Shown piece after piece: positions 37,462 through 46,971 of a DNA stretch of 64,000 bases. The stretch is taken from contig MFEQ01000006.1 of NCBI GenBank assembly GCA_001777665.1, positions 213,442 through 277,441 of the forward strand, given 5' to 3'. The DNA is from Candidatus Doudnabacteria bacterium RIFCSPHIGHO2_02_FULL_42_25 (lineage in GTDB: Bacteria; Patescibacteriota; Doudnabacteria; UBA920; O2-02-FULL-48-8). Below the pieces are notes generated by a model. It was not told the DNA's origin. It saw nothing but the letters and a program-made list of their open reading frames with translations, and made no database searches. Every line of letters begins with the position of its first letter. Within the stretch, counting starts at the first letter, position 1. The position numbers were made by a program, and so were the translations under genes.

Positions 37462-37752
37462 CTACCTGGGAACTGAGTCTCTTGCCCTCGTCCGGACATC
37501 GGCGACGATGCCGTCCACGATTTTTTTCGCCATCTCATGAAAATCTTCGTGATCCGCCGTGATCATGGTGACCTCATGGACGCCTTCGTCCACTTTGTTG
37601 TCGAAGTTGGCTGCTCCCGCTATCAGTAGCTTATCCGGAAACCATTCATGGAATAGTTCCGCTTCTAGCGACGTCGAGAAACCGAACGCGCGGGTGTGAA
37701 AAATCCCTACGCCGGCAGCTGGAATCGTAAAGCTCAGCAAAACTACGTGCAT
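37462..37752 (-). CDS. hypothetical protein (small GC-rich insert)
   Basis: 96-aa ORF within a GC-rich 0.65-kb segment. Confidence 0.35.
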   Translation of the reverse strand: MHVVLLSFTIPAAGVGIFHTRAFGFSTSLEAELFHEWFPDKLLIAGAANFDNKVDEGVHEVTMITADHEDFHEMAKKIVDGIVADVRTRARDSVPR

Positions 37753-37767
37753 CTGCTCCTCCTTCGG

Positions 37768-38097
37768 TTAGCGACGATCTCTTAATAGTTCGTCGAGACT
37801 GCGTTCTTCCACGACACTATCTCCATTCGTCACCCGGATTTTTTCCCAACCGCCCTGCATGGCGTGTTCGAGTTTATCCAGAAACGCCATGGCTTTCCTG
37901 ATCACAGTCGCACCGCTTTGCGTGCCTGCCTTCTTCTTGAGTGCTTCGAATGCTGTTTCCGCTTCAGGTGTGAATTCCAACGCCAACTGAGGTCTTCGAG
38001 TAGACATAGCCACCTCCTGCATTATCGGTAGTTTATATAACGACCAGGCATAAGTCAAAAACAAAAACCGCCTTTCGGCGGCTGTGTGATTACTCAT
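37768..38097 (-). CDS. hypothetical protein, possible RHH/antitoxin-like (small GC-rich insert); likely start at internal Met MSTRRPQ
   Basis: GATVIRKAMAFLDKLEHA resembles ribbon-helix-helix regulators. Speculative. Confidence 0.3.
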   Translation of the reverse strand: MSNHTAAERRFLFLTYAWSLYKLPIMQEVAMSTRRPQLALEFTPEAETAFEALKKKAGTQSGATVIRKAMAFLDKLEHAMQGGWEKIRVTNGDSVVEERSLDELLRDRR

Positions 38098-38674
38098 CCA
38101 TTCTCTTATACTTGTGGATTTTCTTTTTCATATCCCAATGTTCGATTTCATGAGCGGCTTCTTCTGGGGTTTCAGAAGCGTGCGCTAAATTGTATATTGC
38201 TCGCTTATCTTTATTCGCAGCAGCAGCTGAATCAGCAGAGAAATCTCCAGTGATCGTTCCCATCTCTGACAGGACTGGTTGAGTGTTGCCCCGGATCTTG
38301 CGAACCATGTCTACTGCGTGGACTCCCTGGACAACAATTTTGACAATTGGACCAGAACTCATATAATCGATCAACCATCGCCGGACGTGAGGACCAATTT
38401 CTTCAGCTTTCGCTGTTCCCATTTCTTCTATAGGATCATAGCCGTATTTTTCATAAGTAGCTAAGCTTTTGTGTCCTAATCGAGTAATCCAAGCTTCTTC
38501 TTTCGGATAGTGTTTATCCATTTCTTCTTTCGTCGCTTGATACATTTCTATGGCCACAACTTTCAACCCAGCTCTTTCTACTCGGGTAATGATCTCGCCG
38601 ATTAATCCACGCTGAACACCGTCTGGTTTAATCATCAAAAATGTCATTTCTTCTTTTGGATGCGCTTTTCCCAT
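38090..38674 (-). CDS. ndk: nucleoside diphosphate kinase (long form)
   Basis: [33 protein letters not shown] and NLAHASE (catalytic His region). Confidence 0.8.
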   Translation of the reverse strand: [194 protein letters not shown]

Positions 38675-38675
38675 G

Positions 38676-39308
38676 TTATTCCTTTATAGTAATTTTATTA
38701 ATAGTAACTTTGGTCACTGGAACGTCCATGGCTCCTGTTTCAACAGCTCCAATTTTTTCAACGATATCCATGCCTTTGGTGACGTATCCGAATACCGTGT
38801 AGTTACCATCGAGAAATGGAATATCTTCTTCAACGATGTAAAATTGGCTACCAGATGATTCTTTGTTTGGATTGACTGCATCTGCTAACCGAGCTGTAGC
38901 AATAGCGCCTTTGGTATGCTTCAATCCAATTTCAGCAGGGATTGTATACCCAGGCCCACCGGTGCCATCACCTTTTGGGTCCCCTCCCTGGATCAAATGA
39001 AATCCAGTTTGTTTGACTATCCGATGAAAAGTTAACCCGTTATAAAATCCGTCTTTGGAAAGTTTAACAAAATTTGCGACGGTCTTTGGGGCCGCTTCGT
39101 TTTCCAATGTAACTTCAAATGCCCCTAAACTAGTTTCTATTGTTGCAACTGGTTTTACTTTCTCTTCCACCTTTGGCTGTTCTTCTGTATTTTGATTCAT
39201 AGATTGATTATTTTCATTGGTCGGGGCCTCGGTTTTATTTGAAGTAAAATAAAAGAAAGCTCCGGCACCCAAAATGATTATTACAACTGCTGCTAAATAT
39301 TTATTCAT
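38676..39308 (-). CDS. peptidyl-prolyl cis-trans isomerase, cyclophilin type, with N-terminal anchor/signal
   Basis: GFYNGLTFHRIV...IQGGDPKGDGTGGPGY...SQFYI cyclophilin motifs. N-terminal TM. Confidence 0.85.
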   Translation of the reverse strand: MNKYLAAVVIIILGAGAFFYFTSNKTEAPTNENNQSMNQNTEEQPKVEEKVKPVATIETSLGAFEVTLENEAAPKTVANFVKLSKDGFYNGLTFHRIVKQTGFHLIQGGDPKGDGTGGPGYTIPAEIGLKHTKGAIATARLADAVNPNKESSGSQFYIVEEDIPFLDGNYTVFGYVTKGMDIVEKIGAVETGAMDVPVTKVTINKITIKE

Positions 39309-39455
39309 CCCGTTAGAAATAATGATTAGTTAATTGTACTTGTCTAATTATAATTGTCCCGCCGAGTATAAAAGTTACAAACATAAACTCTGTAAAATTT
39401 CTAACGGGATTCATATCTCGTATAGTTTATCAAAAACTTCACTTTTTGTAAATAG

Positions 39456-39488
39456 TGACCTATTTAGTCCGATCGTACAAATAGGTAA
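39456..39488. repeat. 33-bp palindromic repeat TGACCTATTTAGTCCGATCGTACAAATAGGTAA (copy 1; copy 2 at 40049..40081) flanking PaaX_C-like gene paralog 2
   Basis: The two copies differ at one base. Internal inverted arms CCTATTT/AAATAGG surround a CGATCG core. Confidence 0.8.
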
Positions 39489-39490
39489 GA

Positions 39491-40042
39491 TCAGCCCAGA
39501 TTGAATTTTTTAACCAGGTCAGAAAAAATATCAATTTTTCCAGCTGTTATTACTCTAACGAACGGTCTGATCTCATAAATCTCTTTTAGAAAGTCAATTT
39601 CATCCTCGCAAGGATAAGGACAAACCCAGACGCTTTTTTGAATCATTTTAAAGCCAAGCTCAATTAATTTTTCTCTAAATACTTTTCTGTTTAGTTTAAA
39701 TTCTTCTGGAATATCAAAAACGACTATTCGCCATTGTTTATCCCAACGCTTGGGTTTTTGAATTTTCATTTCTTCTAAATTAAAACTAACTAACTTTTCT
39801 TTTCCTTCTTTTGTTAAAGTAAATTCAGTTTTGCCGTTTTTGTAGGCTACTCCGATATAACCTCTCTTCTTTAAATTACTAAATGATCTTTTTATTTGCT
39901 GGCGATTATAGGACTTTAATCGTTTATACTGACCAAGGGCGACAAAAAGACCCGGTGCTGTCGCTGCCACTACAAATATTCCCGCTACTCCTATAAAGGC
40001 TAAAATACTTTTCGCAATTATTGATTTGTTGCTCTTTTTCAT
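39491..40042 (-). CDS. membrane-anchored PaaX_C/Cas2-fold domain protein (paralog 2 of 3)
   Basis: N-terminal TM. C-terminal KQWRIVVFDIPEEFKLNRKVFREKLIELGFKMIQKSVWVCPY. Confidence 0.5.
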   Translation of the reverse strand: MKKSNKSIIAKSILAFIGVAGIFVVAATAPGLFVALGQYKRLKSYNRQQIKRSFSNLKKRGYIGVAYKNGKTEFTLTKEGKEKLVSFNLEEMKIQKPKRWDKQWRIVVFDIPEEFKLNRKVFREKLIELGFKMIQKSVWVCPYPCEDEIDFLKEIYEIRPFVRVITAGKIDIFSDLVKKFNLG

Positions 40043-40048
40043 AAATTT

Positions 40049-40081
40049 TGACCTATTTGGTCCGATCGTACAAATAGGTAA
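40049..40081. repeat. 33-bp palindromic repeat copy 2
   Basis: See 39456..39488. Confidence 0.8.
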
Positions 40082-40091
40082 ATGGTGTTAA

Positions 40092-41030
40092 TTATCTAAT
40101 AAGGCTTAAATTATAACCATCAGAAACAAATTCTACCGTGCCATCGAGATCAGTCCGCAAAACTTCGACGTGTGATGCGGCTAAGTTCCCGAGTGCTTCT
40201 TCTGTCGGATGGCCATAAGTATTGTCCTTCCCGACCTCGATGACTCCTATTTTGGGTGATACGGCTTCGATAAACTCTTTCGATGAAGAATATTTGGAGC
40301 CATGATGCCCGACTTTGAGAATATCCGCATCGAGATCAAACTGCCCTCGAATCGTATCTTCCACAATTCTGTCAATATCAGCAGTAAATAATATTTTTGT
40401 CTGGCCGAATGTTAATTTGCCGACTATTCCTGTGTTATTTGTAGACAGGCCTTGGTCCTCGACTCCAGCTGGGGGATAATAAACATCAAACACAGTGGAA
40501 TTATCCAACCAAACCCGCTGACCCGTTTGTGCATAAATTTTTTCTGATCCTTCTTCATCCAAAAGCTTTAGAAATTCTTGGTAGGTTGCTGTCGGGGCTG
40601 TAACTTTGGTTAGCATCATTGTCTTAACTTTATAGCGCTTCAAAATGTCTATAAATCCACTGGAGTGGTCAGCATCTGGATGAGTCAAAATCAGTAAATC
40701 AATTGACCTATCCCAAAAAGGCATTTGTTTCCCGAGTTCTGATAACACAGCGTCAGATGGTCCGCCATCGATAACGATTTGAGTACCTTGATAAGTTTGG
40801 ATAAAAATTGAATCACCCTGGCCAACATCCAGAAAATCGACCTCAAGCAAATGCTCTGACGAAGCTTTCACATTGGCCACAAAAACCACAGCGACTAAAA
40901 TAGACAGAGGTAAAATTACAAAGGTTGCGAGTTGTTTTGTTTTTGATTCCATAACCAAATTAATCCGATTAAAAGAATATAATAAACAGCACCCACATAC
41001 CAATTCGTCGAAAATGAAAACGAGGCCCAC
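40092..41030 (-). CDS. ComEC-type metallo-beta-lactamase domain protein (C-terminal part of ComEC; likely start at internal Met MESKTKQ)
   Basis: DFLDVGQGDSIFIQ, LILTHPDADHSSG and VGHHGSKYSSS MBL motifs, preceded by a TM helix. Confidence 0.7.
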   Translation of the reverse strand: MGLVFIFDELVCGCCLLYSFNRINLVMESKTKQLATFVILPLSILVAVVFVANVKASSEHLLEVDFLDVGQGDSIFIQTYQGTQIVIDGGPSDAVLSELGKQMPFWDRSIDLLILTHPDADHSSGFIDILKRYKVKTMMLTKVTAPTATYQEFLKLLDEEGSEKIYAQTGQRVWLDNSTVFDVYYPPAGVEDQGLSTNNTGIVGKLTFGQTKILFTADIDRIVEDTIRGQFDLDADILKVGHHGSKYSSSKEFIEAVSPKIGVIEVGKDNTYGHPTEEALGNLAASHVEVLRTDLDGTVEFVSDGYNLSLIR

Positions 41031-42340
41031 GGGATTTTACTCGCCCACTCCACCACAGTTAAAACGTAAGTTAAAACGCCCCAAGCCAGCCAAATAAATG
41101 GATACGGCAAGAATGCTGCTAGAAATCCAAACAACATGGCCAGTGGAATGAAATATAGAATCAAAACATTGACTGGGATCGCGACAGCTGATAATCGACT
41201 AAAGTAAATCAGGATAATGGGCAAAGTCGCGATGTAGGCTGCAGTCGATGGAACTAAATAAAAGTTGATAAATTTCGGAACTCGGCAAAAGTATTGTGTC
41301 AGGATAGGGCCAATAAAAACTAGTCCCATTAGGGCGGCAAAAGATAGTAAAAATCCCAAATCAAAATGCAAAATTTGCGGGTTGATCGCAACCATCACGG
41401 CGGCAGTTAGCGCGAGTGCATTGTTAATATTTTTTCTGCGTCCGATGTTCAGTGCGAGCATGCCCAAAATCCCCATAATACCCGCACGCACGGCCGAAGC
41501 AGACGCTCCGACCATGATCACAAACAGTACTATGGTAACTAACGCCAAAATAAAAGAAATGCGGCGGTTAAAAAAGAATATTAAGAACCAGTTGATGGCC
41601 GAAGCTATAATCGTGATGTTGAACCCAGAAATCGCGATGACATGGGTTGTCCCAGTTATGGACAAGCTGTCCAATAAATCTTGCGGGATGGTTTTACGCA
41701 TACCAACAAGAATCCCAGCCAAGAAGGAATTTTGCGGCTCCGGAAGCAAAATCTCTAACCGGTGCGTAAATTTTTTCTTTATTTGGATCAATAACGCTCG
41801 CACAGGATTACCAAAGCCCTCTTCGATTTCAAAAATCTTCGGATTATAAACCACAGCGTCGATGCCATACCGCGACAAATAATTTTTATACGAAAAATCC
41901 TCGAATTCTTTGGGTTCCAGAATTTTCCCCTCGAAATTTATCATTTGACCATACTCATATTCTGGAAATCGACTAACCCGCAGCAAAATTTTAGATTCTA
42001 ATTGCTGATTGTTAATAATTAGTTTCCCAACAGTCAAAAATGTTTTGTCTGAACGAACATCTGGTTCCTCGACTATCACTCCTTGCAATACCAGCTCTTG
42101 GTCATAAAACTGTTCTAAATCATTTTGTCGATAATCAGTCGCAAATCTTAAACTTCCAAGCAAGGCGATAATTCCGGCAATAGCCAAAATTAAAACTCTT
42201 TGATTGCGAAACGCAATTGTGCCGGCAATTATAAAAATCATGGCCAGAATAGCCATGATTTGATAATTTATGAATCGCCCGAAAAAGACACCGACAATGA
42301 ATGCTATACAGAAAATCAAAAAGATTTTCGATTTGGGCAT
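40916..42340 (-). CDS. ComEC/Rec2 competence membrane domain protein (N-terminal part)
   Basis: Multi-TM DUF4131 plus Competence-domain layout. Ends within the first codons of the MBL ORF in another frame. Confidence 0.7.
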   Translation of the reverse strand: MPKSKIFLIFCIAFIVGVFFGRFINYQIMAILAMIFIIAGTIAFRNQRVLILAIAGIIALLGSLRFATDYRQNDLEQFYDQELVLQGVIVEEPDVRSDKTFLTVGKLIINNQQLESKILLRVSRFPEYEYGQMINFEGKILEPKEFEDFSYKNYLSRYGIDAVVYNPKIFEIEEGFGNPVRALLIQIKKKFTHRLEILLPEPQNSFLAGILVGMRKTIPQDLLDSLSITGTTHVIAISGFNITIIASAINWFLIFFFNRRISFILALVTIVLFVIMVGASASAVRAGIMGILGMLALNIGRRKNINNALALTAAVMVAINPQILHFDLGFLLSFAALMGLVFIGPILTQYFCRVPKFINFYLVPSTAAYIATLPIILIYFSRLSAVAIPVNVLILYFIPLAMLFGFLAAFLPYPFIWLAWGVLTYVLTVVEWASKIPWASFSFSTNWYVGAVYYILLIGLIWLWNQKQNNSQPL

Positions 42341-43560
42341 TATTTCATCATTGATTTCACTTTGTTTATTAATTCACTTATGCTTACTGTAATTTGTTCT
42401 TTAGTTTGCAAATCTTTCAGATTGACTCGGTCAGATTTAGATTCTTCCAGGCCCATGATCACCGCAACCTTCACATTTTTACGTTCTGCGTATTTAAACT
42501 GTTTATCCAACTTCGCAGTATCGTAGTAAATTTCAGTATTGATTCCAGCGCTTCGGAGTTCTGAAGCAATTTTTAAATATTCTGGAATCAATTTTTCGTC
42601 GAGATTAAAAATTATAACTTCAGAGCTCGTTACTGAAGGTAATTTACCACTTTCTTCCAAAGCTGCAAATAGTCGATCAAGTCCGATTGAACCACCAACT
42701 GCTGATTCTTCTTTCCCAGAAATTTTTCCAATCAAATTATCATACCGACCACCAGCGGCAATACTGCCAAATTTGGGATTATCTTTCAGGACGAATTCAA
42801 AGATTGTCCCGGTATAATAATCTAAACCCCTCGCCAAGGTTGGTTCGAATACATAATTCTTCACACCAAAATTTTTTAAATAATTTTCGAATTCTGAAAT
42901 AAAGACTTGTCCTTTATCCTTCATTTGGGATCGATATTCATCCAAAGAAATTTTAATCCCTTGTTCTTTCAATAACTCAACCACATCGTCTTCACCCATT
43001 TTGTCCATCTTGTCAATCGTTCGTAAAAAAATTGTTTTATCTTCATCGCCCAAAACTTCGTCGATAATTTGACGGTTGTTGTATTTGACCACGACCTCAC
43101 CAATATCGAGCGTTTCAAAAGCCGAGGCAATGGTGGCCACGACTTCGGCATCAGCAACTAATGCTTTACTGCCGATAATATCAACATCACATTGCATAAA
43201 TTCTCGAAATCGGCCGCGTTGAGTATTTTCTGCCCGCCAGACATTTGCAATCTGATATCGTTTGAATGGTTTGATTAAATTTGGGTCAGACCCCACTACT
43301 CTAGTAAGTGATAGCGTTAAGTCATACCGTAGTGCTATTTCCCTATCACCTAAATCTTTAAATTTATAAATCAACTTCTCATCTTCGCCAATTTTGCCTT
43401 TCAGTAATTCGTATGGCTCGAGCGCTGGGGTGTCCATCGGGGCAAACCCAAAACGCTCAAAGACTGATTCAATCTTTGAGATAATATTTTTTCGCGCTAT
43501 CTGCGTGTCAGGCAAATAGTCCCGAAACCCTTTTAATACTTGCGGTATTTCTTTGGCCAT
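42340..43560 (-). CDS. hisS: histidine--tRNA ligase
   Basis: MAKEIPQVLKGFRDYLPD N-terminus and class II aaRS motifs. Confidence 0.9.
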   Translation of the reverse strand: MAKEIPQVLKGFRDYLPDTQIARKNIISKIESVFERFGFAPMDTPALEPYELLKGKIGEDEKLIYKFKDLGDREIALRYDLTLSLTRVVGSDPNLIKPFKRYQIANVWRAENTQRGRFREFMQCDVDIIGSKALVADAEVVATIASAFETLDIGEVVVKYNNRQIIDEVLGDEDKTIFLRTIDKMDKMGEDDVVELLKEQGIKISLDEYRSQMKDKGQVFISEFENYLKNFGVKNYVFEPTLARGLDYYTGTIFEFVLKDNPKFGSIAAGGRYDNLIGKISGKEESAVGGSIGLDRLFAALEESGKLPSVTSSEVIIFNLDEKLIPEYLKIASELRSAGINTEIYYDTAKLDKQFKYAERKNVKVAVIMGLEESKSDRVNLKDLQTKEQITVSISELINKVKSMMK

Positions 43561-43585
43561 ATGATAATTTTAGCAGTTTTTAAGC

Positions 43586-43628
43586 TTAAAAAAAAGGAGC
43601 CACGGACCTGGGGTGTGGTCGAGGCTCT
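43586..43628 (-). terminator. GC-rich hairpin plus U-tract terminator
   Basis: AAAAAAAA followed by GGAGCC...GGCTC hairpin on plus = hairpin plus T8 on minus. Imperfect stem. Confidence 0.4.
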
Positions 43629-44197
43629 CATTGAAGGAAACTAGATCGAACTGATCTGTTCACGGTCACGCCGCGTGCTTCCAAACGTTTCGCCGCTCGT
43701 TTGCTTCCGGTTCGAATCCACAGATCATAGAGTCGTAAAACACTTTGATCTGTTCGATCCGAAGAAAGATCCCGGACCTCACTGATTACGTCAACGAACG
43801 ACACGAACCTCTCGGCCAACTCTTGAAAGACGTCGCCGAGGGTGGGGTCAGCAGACCCTGCCAGTTGGCCGTAGGCTGTTTCGCCGAGCTGAACGTAATA
43901 TTCGGGGCTGACGAGAGATCGCTCTAACGATTCGGAAAAAAATCCCGTAACGAAGAGCGACATGTCGCCGACAAAACGCAGCTCGTGTCTGTGATGAGCG
44001 CCCTCCCCATGGAGAGAGTAGTAAAGTCTCGGCCCCAGGGCATCATCTTGAGTCTCTCTCATCCGGACAAAACCAGTGAGCAGATTGACCACGTAGAACG
44101 ACGTTAGCTCACTTGCCGCGACCTTCTGCTTCGCCATCGCAGATTCCACGAGTTCGCGGAAGTACTCTGTAGGCGACTGAGGACTGAAAGTAGGCAT
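43628..44197 (-). CDS. hypothetical protein (single-gene GC-rich insert)
   Basis: Start placed at the internal Met MPTFSPQ, which has a GGAGGAA RBS. GC-rich codon usage unlike its neighbours. Confidence 0.4.
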   Translation of the reverse strand: MPTFSPQSPTEYFRELVESAMAKQKVAASELTSFYVVNLLTGFVRMRETQDDALGPRLYYSLHGEGAHHRHELRFVGDMSLFVTGFFSESLERSLVSPEYYVQLGETAYGQLAGSADPTLGDVFQELAERFVSFVDVISEVRDLSSDRTDQSVLRLYDLWIRTGSKRAAKRLEARGVTVNRSVRSSFLQ

Positions 44198-44246
44198 CTC
44201 TTCCTCCGCGAAAATGTTATCCCAATTATATGCTAAAAATATGCAC

Positions 44247-44465
44247 TTACAAAATCTCAATCAGCTTATGTGTACTTTTGTGTCCGGAACGGATGCGGAT
44301 TCGCGACGGGGAAGTATTGAAATAATCAGCCAAAATCTCAATCACGGCATCATTGGCTTGATTGTCAGCAGGTATTGCTGTCGTCCAAATCTTGTACTCT
44401 TCTAATCCAGTTTCTTCGATGCGATCGCTGGACGCATGGGTTTGTACTTTGACTCGTATAACCAT
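44247..44465 (-). CDS. DUF167/YggU-family protein
   Basis: IPADNQANDAVIEILADYF...IRSGHKSTHKLIEI matches the YggU pattern. Confidence 0.5.
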   Translation of the reverse strand: MVIRVKVQTHASSDRIEETGLEEYKIWTTAIPADNQANDAVIEILADYFNTSPSRIRIRSGHKSTHKLIEIL

Positions 44466-44932
44466 ATTAGTTCATAAAGACCAAAGAATAATCCTACATA
44501 AAAAAGGTCGCCTAATAAAGTATATTTAAAAAATGGCAAGGCGTTGATGTAAGAAGTGATCTGGCCATCCAAAGTATGTGGGTACATTTTCGGCGGATAA
44601 ATCCAAACCAAATTTGTAATCAAATAAAACAAAGTTGAACCGATGAGAGTACCCCCTACAACCGTAAACACATTTTTATGATTGCGGATCCAAAGCCCAA
44701 TTAATCCAACTAGGAAAAAAGTCCCATAAACTGATAATCTGGATTGCCAGTTATCAAATCCCAAGAAAACATCGGAAACGATCATGGCAGACAGAGGTAA
44801 AATCAAAGCTAGACGCTTGTCTTTTACATACACAGCGCCAAATAATGCCAGTGCTGCAATCGGAGCAAAATTAGCAGGATGAGGAAGGATGCGTAGCACT
44901 GCACCCATAAGAATTAAGAAATATATTAGCAT
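44402..44932 (-). CDS. integral membrane protein, possible vitamin/ECF-type substrate-capture component
   Basis: 5-6 TM helices. LPHPANFAPIAALALFG motif. Sits beside DUF4430 and a B12 adenosyltransferase gene. Confidence 0.4.
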   Translation of the reverse strand: MLIYFLILMGAVLRILPHPANFAPIAALALFGAVYVKDKRLALILPLSAMIVSDVFLGFDNWQSRLSVYGTFFLVGLIGLWIRNHKNVFTVVGGTLIGSTLFYLITNLVWIYPPKMYPHTLDGQITSYINALPFFKYTLLGDLFYVGLFFGLYELIWLYESKYKPMRPAIASKKLD

Positions 44933-44964
44933 TGTTCTATTTACTGCTTACTGTTTACTAATTA

Positions 44965-45339
44965 CTAAAATTTTATTTCATCGATCTGCCATTTGATGTG
45001 GTCAGAATTTTTAGTGATGTATTGATCTGCACCGACTTGAGAAAAAGCACCGTTTACATACATTGCCCAAAAATGTTTATCGTCCGGCTTCACTCCATCG
45101 ATGGCTTCCACCATTTCGCCAAATGAAAAACTTTTTACTTCTACCTGATGCGTAGATTTCAAAATTTCCATAGCGTTCTTACCATCCAAACCTTGATATT
45201 CGACAGTGCTGACTGTTTGCTTCTGTTGGGTAGATTCAGTGATAGGTGATTTGACTGGCTGCTGTGTAAACGCATAGATAATCCCGACTATGGCGATGAT
45301 TACTACTATAATAAAAGTTTCGAAACGCTTAAAAGTCAT
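44965..45339 (-). CDS. DUF4430-like membrane-anchored protein
   Basis: N-terminal TM with a C-terminal approx 80-aa domain (HFWAMYVNGAFSQVGADQY) resembling DUF4430 (transcobalamin-like fold). Confidence 0.4.
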   Translation of the reverse strand: MTFKRFETFIIVVIIAIVGIIYAFTQQPVKSPITESTQQKQTVSTVEYQGLDGKNAMEILKSTHQVEVKSFSFGEMVEAIDGVKPDDKHFWAMYVNGAFSQVGADQYITKNSDHIKWQIDEIKF

Positions 45340-45438
45340 ATTATTCAGAATTAATTAGCTTGGGTTATATTACCAACTTCACTCTTGGTTGTAAATATGT
45401 TATTTTATATCGGTTCAACCCAAACGGAGGGTATACAA

Positions 45439-46398
45439 ATGTCGAGTCTGGAAAGCTTGGTGGTTCATAGGTATGTGGATCGAAATGGGGTTGAGCACGT
45501 ACTCGAGTACGAACCGTTCTCACGCCCACCGGATCCTTTACCGCCACCTCCTATTGTCTTCCGCAAGCTGGAAACGATCGAGATCCCGAAGCCACCAGAG
45601 AAGCAACACCTGTGGCAATGGCCAGATGGGAGTTTCACCTACCAGCACAACGGAGCAGACCGTTACCACTATTACGAGACACTGAAGATTCCCACACCTC
45701 AACCACCTGCTCCACTACCGCAGCAGCAATACGAGTATCTCGAAATCCCTGCACCCAAACCCCCATCCGAAATCGTGCCGCAGAAGCCTGTGTACCTGGA
45801 TGTCGATGTCGGGCCAACGCCAGTGCCTGGGCCACTGCCGGTTCAGCACTACGAATACCTCGAACCACATAAGCTGAAGGCTCCGTTTTTCGACTGGTCG
45901 GTGCTCAGTTCGAGACGGTTGGCACTGGACTACATCCATGAAATACCTAGTAGTTGGATGCCGGAGCGGTGGATTCAACCTCAGCTGTCAGTTGTGGTGG
46001 AGAACAAAACAGTCCATCTCTATGGACACCACGTTACAGTGCAGGCACAGGTAAGTAATCCCGGCGGGCCGATCTTGATTGGAAAAATCAAAATCCATGA
46101 CAGCTCCGCCCGAGCCAAAGAAAAGGTGTCACTTCGGCCCCTGAAGTTCTCCAAATTAGTGTGGGTCAACCCAACCAAGCATGATTACTACCTCGAGGTG
46201 GATGACATGCTGGTTCACATCTATTTGGTTCAGGAACCATACAAGTGCCTGGTGAAGGTCTACGACGCGGACGAAGTGCAAGTACACGAACGTAGTCGGA
46301 CACATTATTTTCCAAGCAAAATCGATCCTCGACCTTTCTCACGCGGCTTGCTGCGCGCCATCCGCAAGATGCGCGAATCTAAGCAGATCCGGCGTTGA
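45439..46398 (+). CDS. proline-rich repeat protein, hypothetical (single-gene GC-rich insert)
   Basis: Strong RBS GGAGGG 8 nt before the ATG. Repeated YEYLEIPAPKPP / YEYLEPHKLKAP units. Plus strand, unlike its neighbours. Confidence 0.45.
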   Translation: MSSLESLVVHRYVDRNGVEHVLEYEPFSRPPDPLPPPPIVFRKLETIEIPKPPEKQHLWQWPDGSFTYQHNGADRYHYYETLKIPTPQPPAPLPQQQYEYLEIPAPKPPSEIVPQKPVYLDVDVGPTPVPGPLPVQHYEYLEPHKLKAPFFDWSVLSSRRLALDYIHEIPSSWMPERWIQPQLSVVVENKTVHLYGHHVTVQAQVSNPGGPILIGKIKIHDSSARAKEKVSLRPLKFSKLVWVNPTKHDYYLEVDDMLVHIYLVQEPYKCLVKVYDADEVQVHERSRTHYFPSKIDPRPFSRGLLRAIRKMRESKQIRR

Positions 46399-46399
46399 C

Positions 46400-46432
46400 G
46401 ATCTTGGGACACAAGTCCCAAGATCTTTTTTT
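46400..46432 (+). terminator. rho-independent terminator
   Basis: GATCTTGGGAC-acaa-GTCCCAAGATC followed by TTTTTTT. Confidence 0.75.
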
Positions 46433-46441
46433 ATCAAAGAA

Positions 46442-46969
46442 CTAGTAATCTATTCCTCTTTGCGCTAGAATTCCTGAATAATACGGGTGCTTGATCATTT
46501 TCATTTCAGTCACCAGATCTGCTTTCTCTATAATTTTTTTAAATCTTTTGTGTCCGGTCATGCAGAGATGCACTTTCTCTGGCTTCGCCTCCATAATTTC
46601 CAAAACGTCTTCTTCAGTTAACAATTTCGATTCAATAGCTGACAAAGCTTCATCTAAAACCACTAAATTATATTCTTGGGACTGTAAATATTTAATCGCT
46701 TCGGCTTTTGCAACTTGCGCAGCTTTGATGTGCTCCTCAAGTGGTTTACGGTCCCCGAGTATTCCCACAAAACCCCTGCCCATCAATTTTACTTCTACGC
46801 CAAGTTTACCAAGTGATTCTCTTTCTCCCGATGGCCAATCTCCTTTGACAAATTGTAAATACAAAACCTTGAAGCCCGTACCCGCAGCTCTAGTTGCCAA
46901 CCCAGCTGCAGCCGAAGTCTTTCCCTTCCCATCGCCGATATAAACAATTATCAGTCCTTTTTTAGCCAT
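46442..46969 (-). CDS. cobO: cob(I)yrinic acid a,c-diamide (corrinoid) adenosyltransferase
   Basis: MAKKGLIIVYIGDGKGKTSAAAGLA...YLQFVKG matches the BtuR/CobO P-loop family. Confidence 0.8.
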   Translation of the reverse strand: MAKKGLIIVYIGDGKGKTSAAAGLATRAAGTGFKVLYLQFVKGDWPSGERESLGKLGVEVKLMGRGFVGILGDRKPLEEHIKAAQVAKAEAIKYLQSQEYNLVVLDEALSAIESKLLTEEDVLEIMEAKPEKVHLCMTGHKRFKKIIEKADLVTEMKMIKHPYYSGILAQRGIDY

Positions 46970-46971
46970 AC

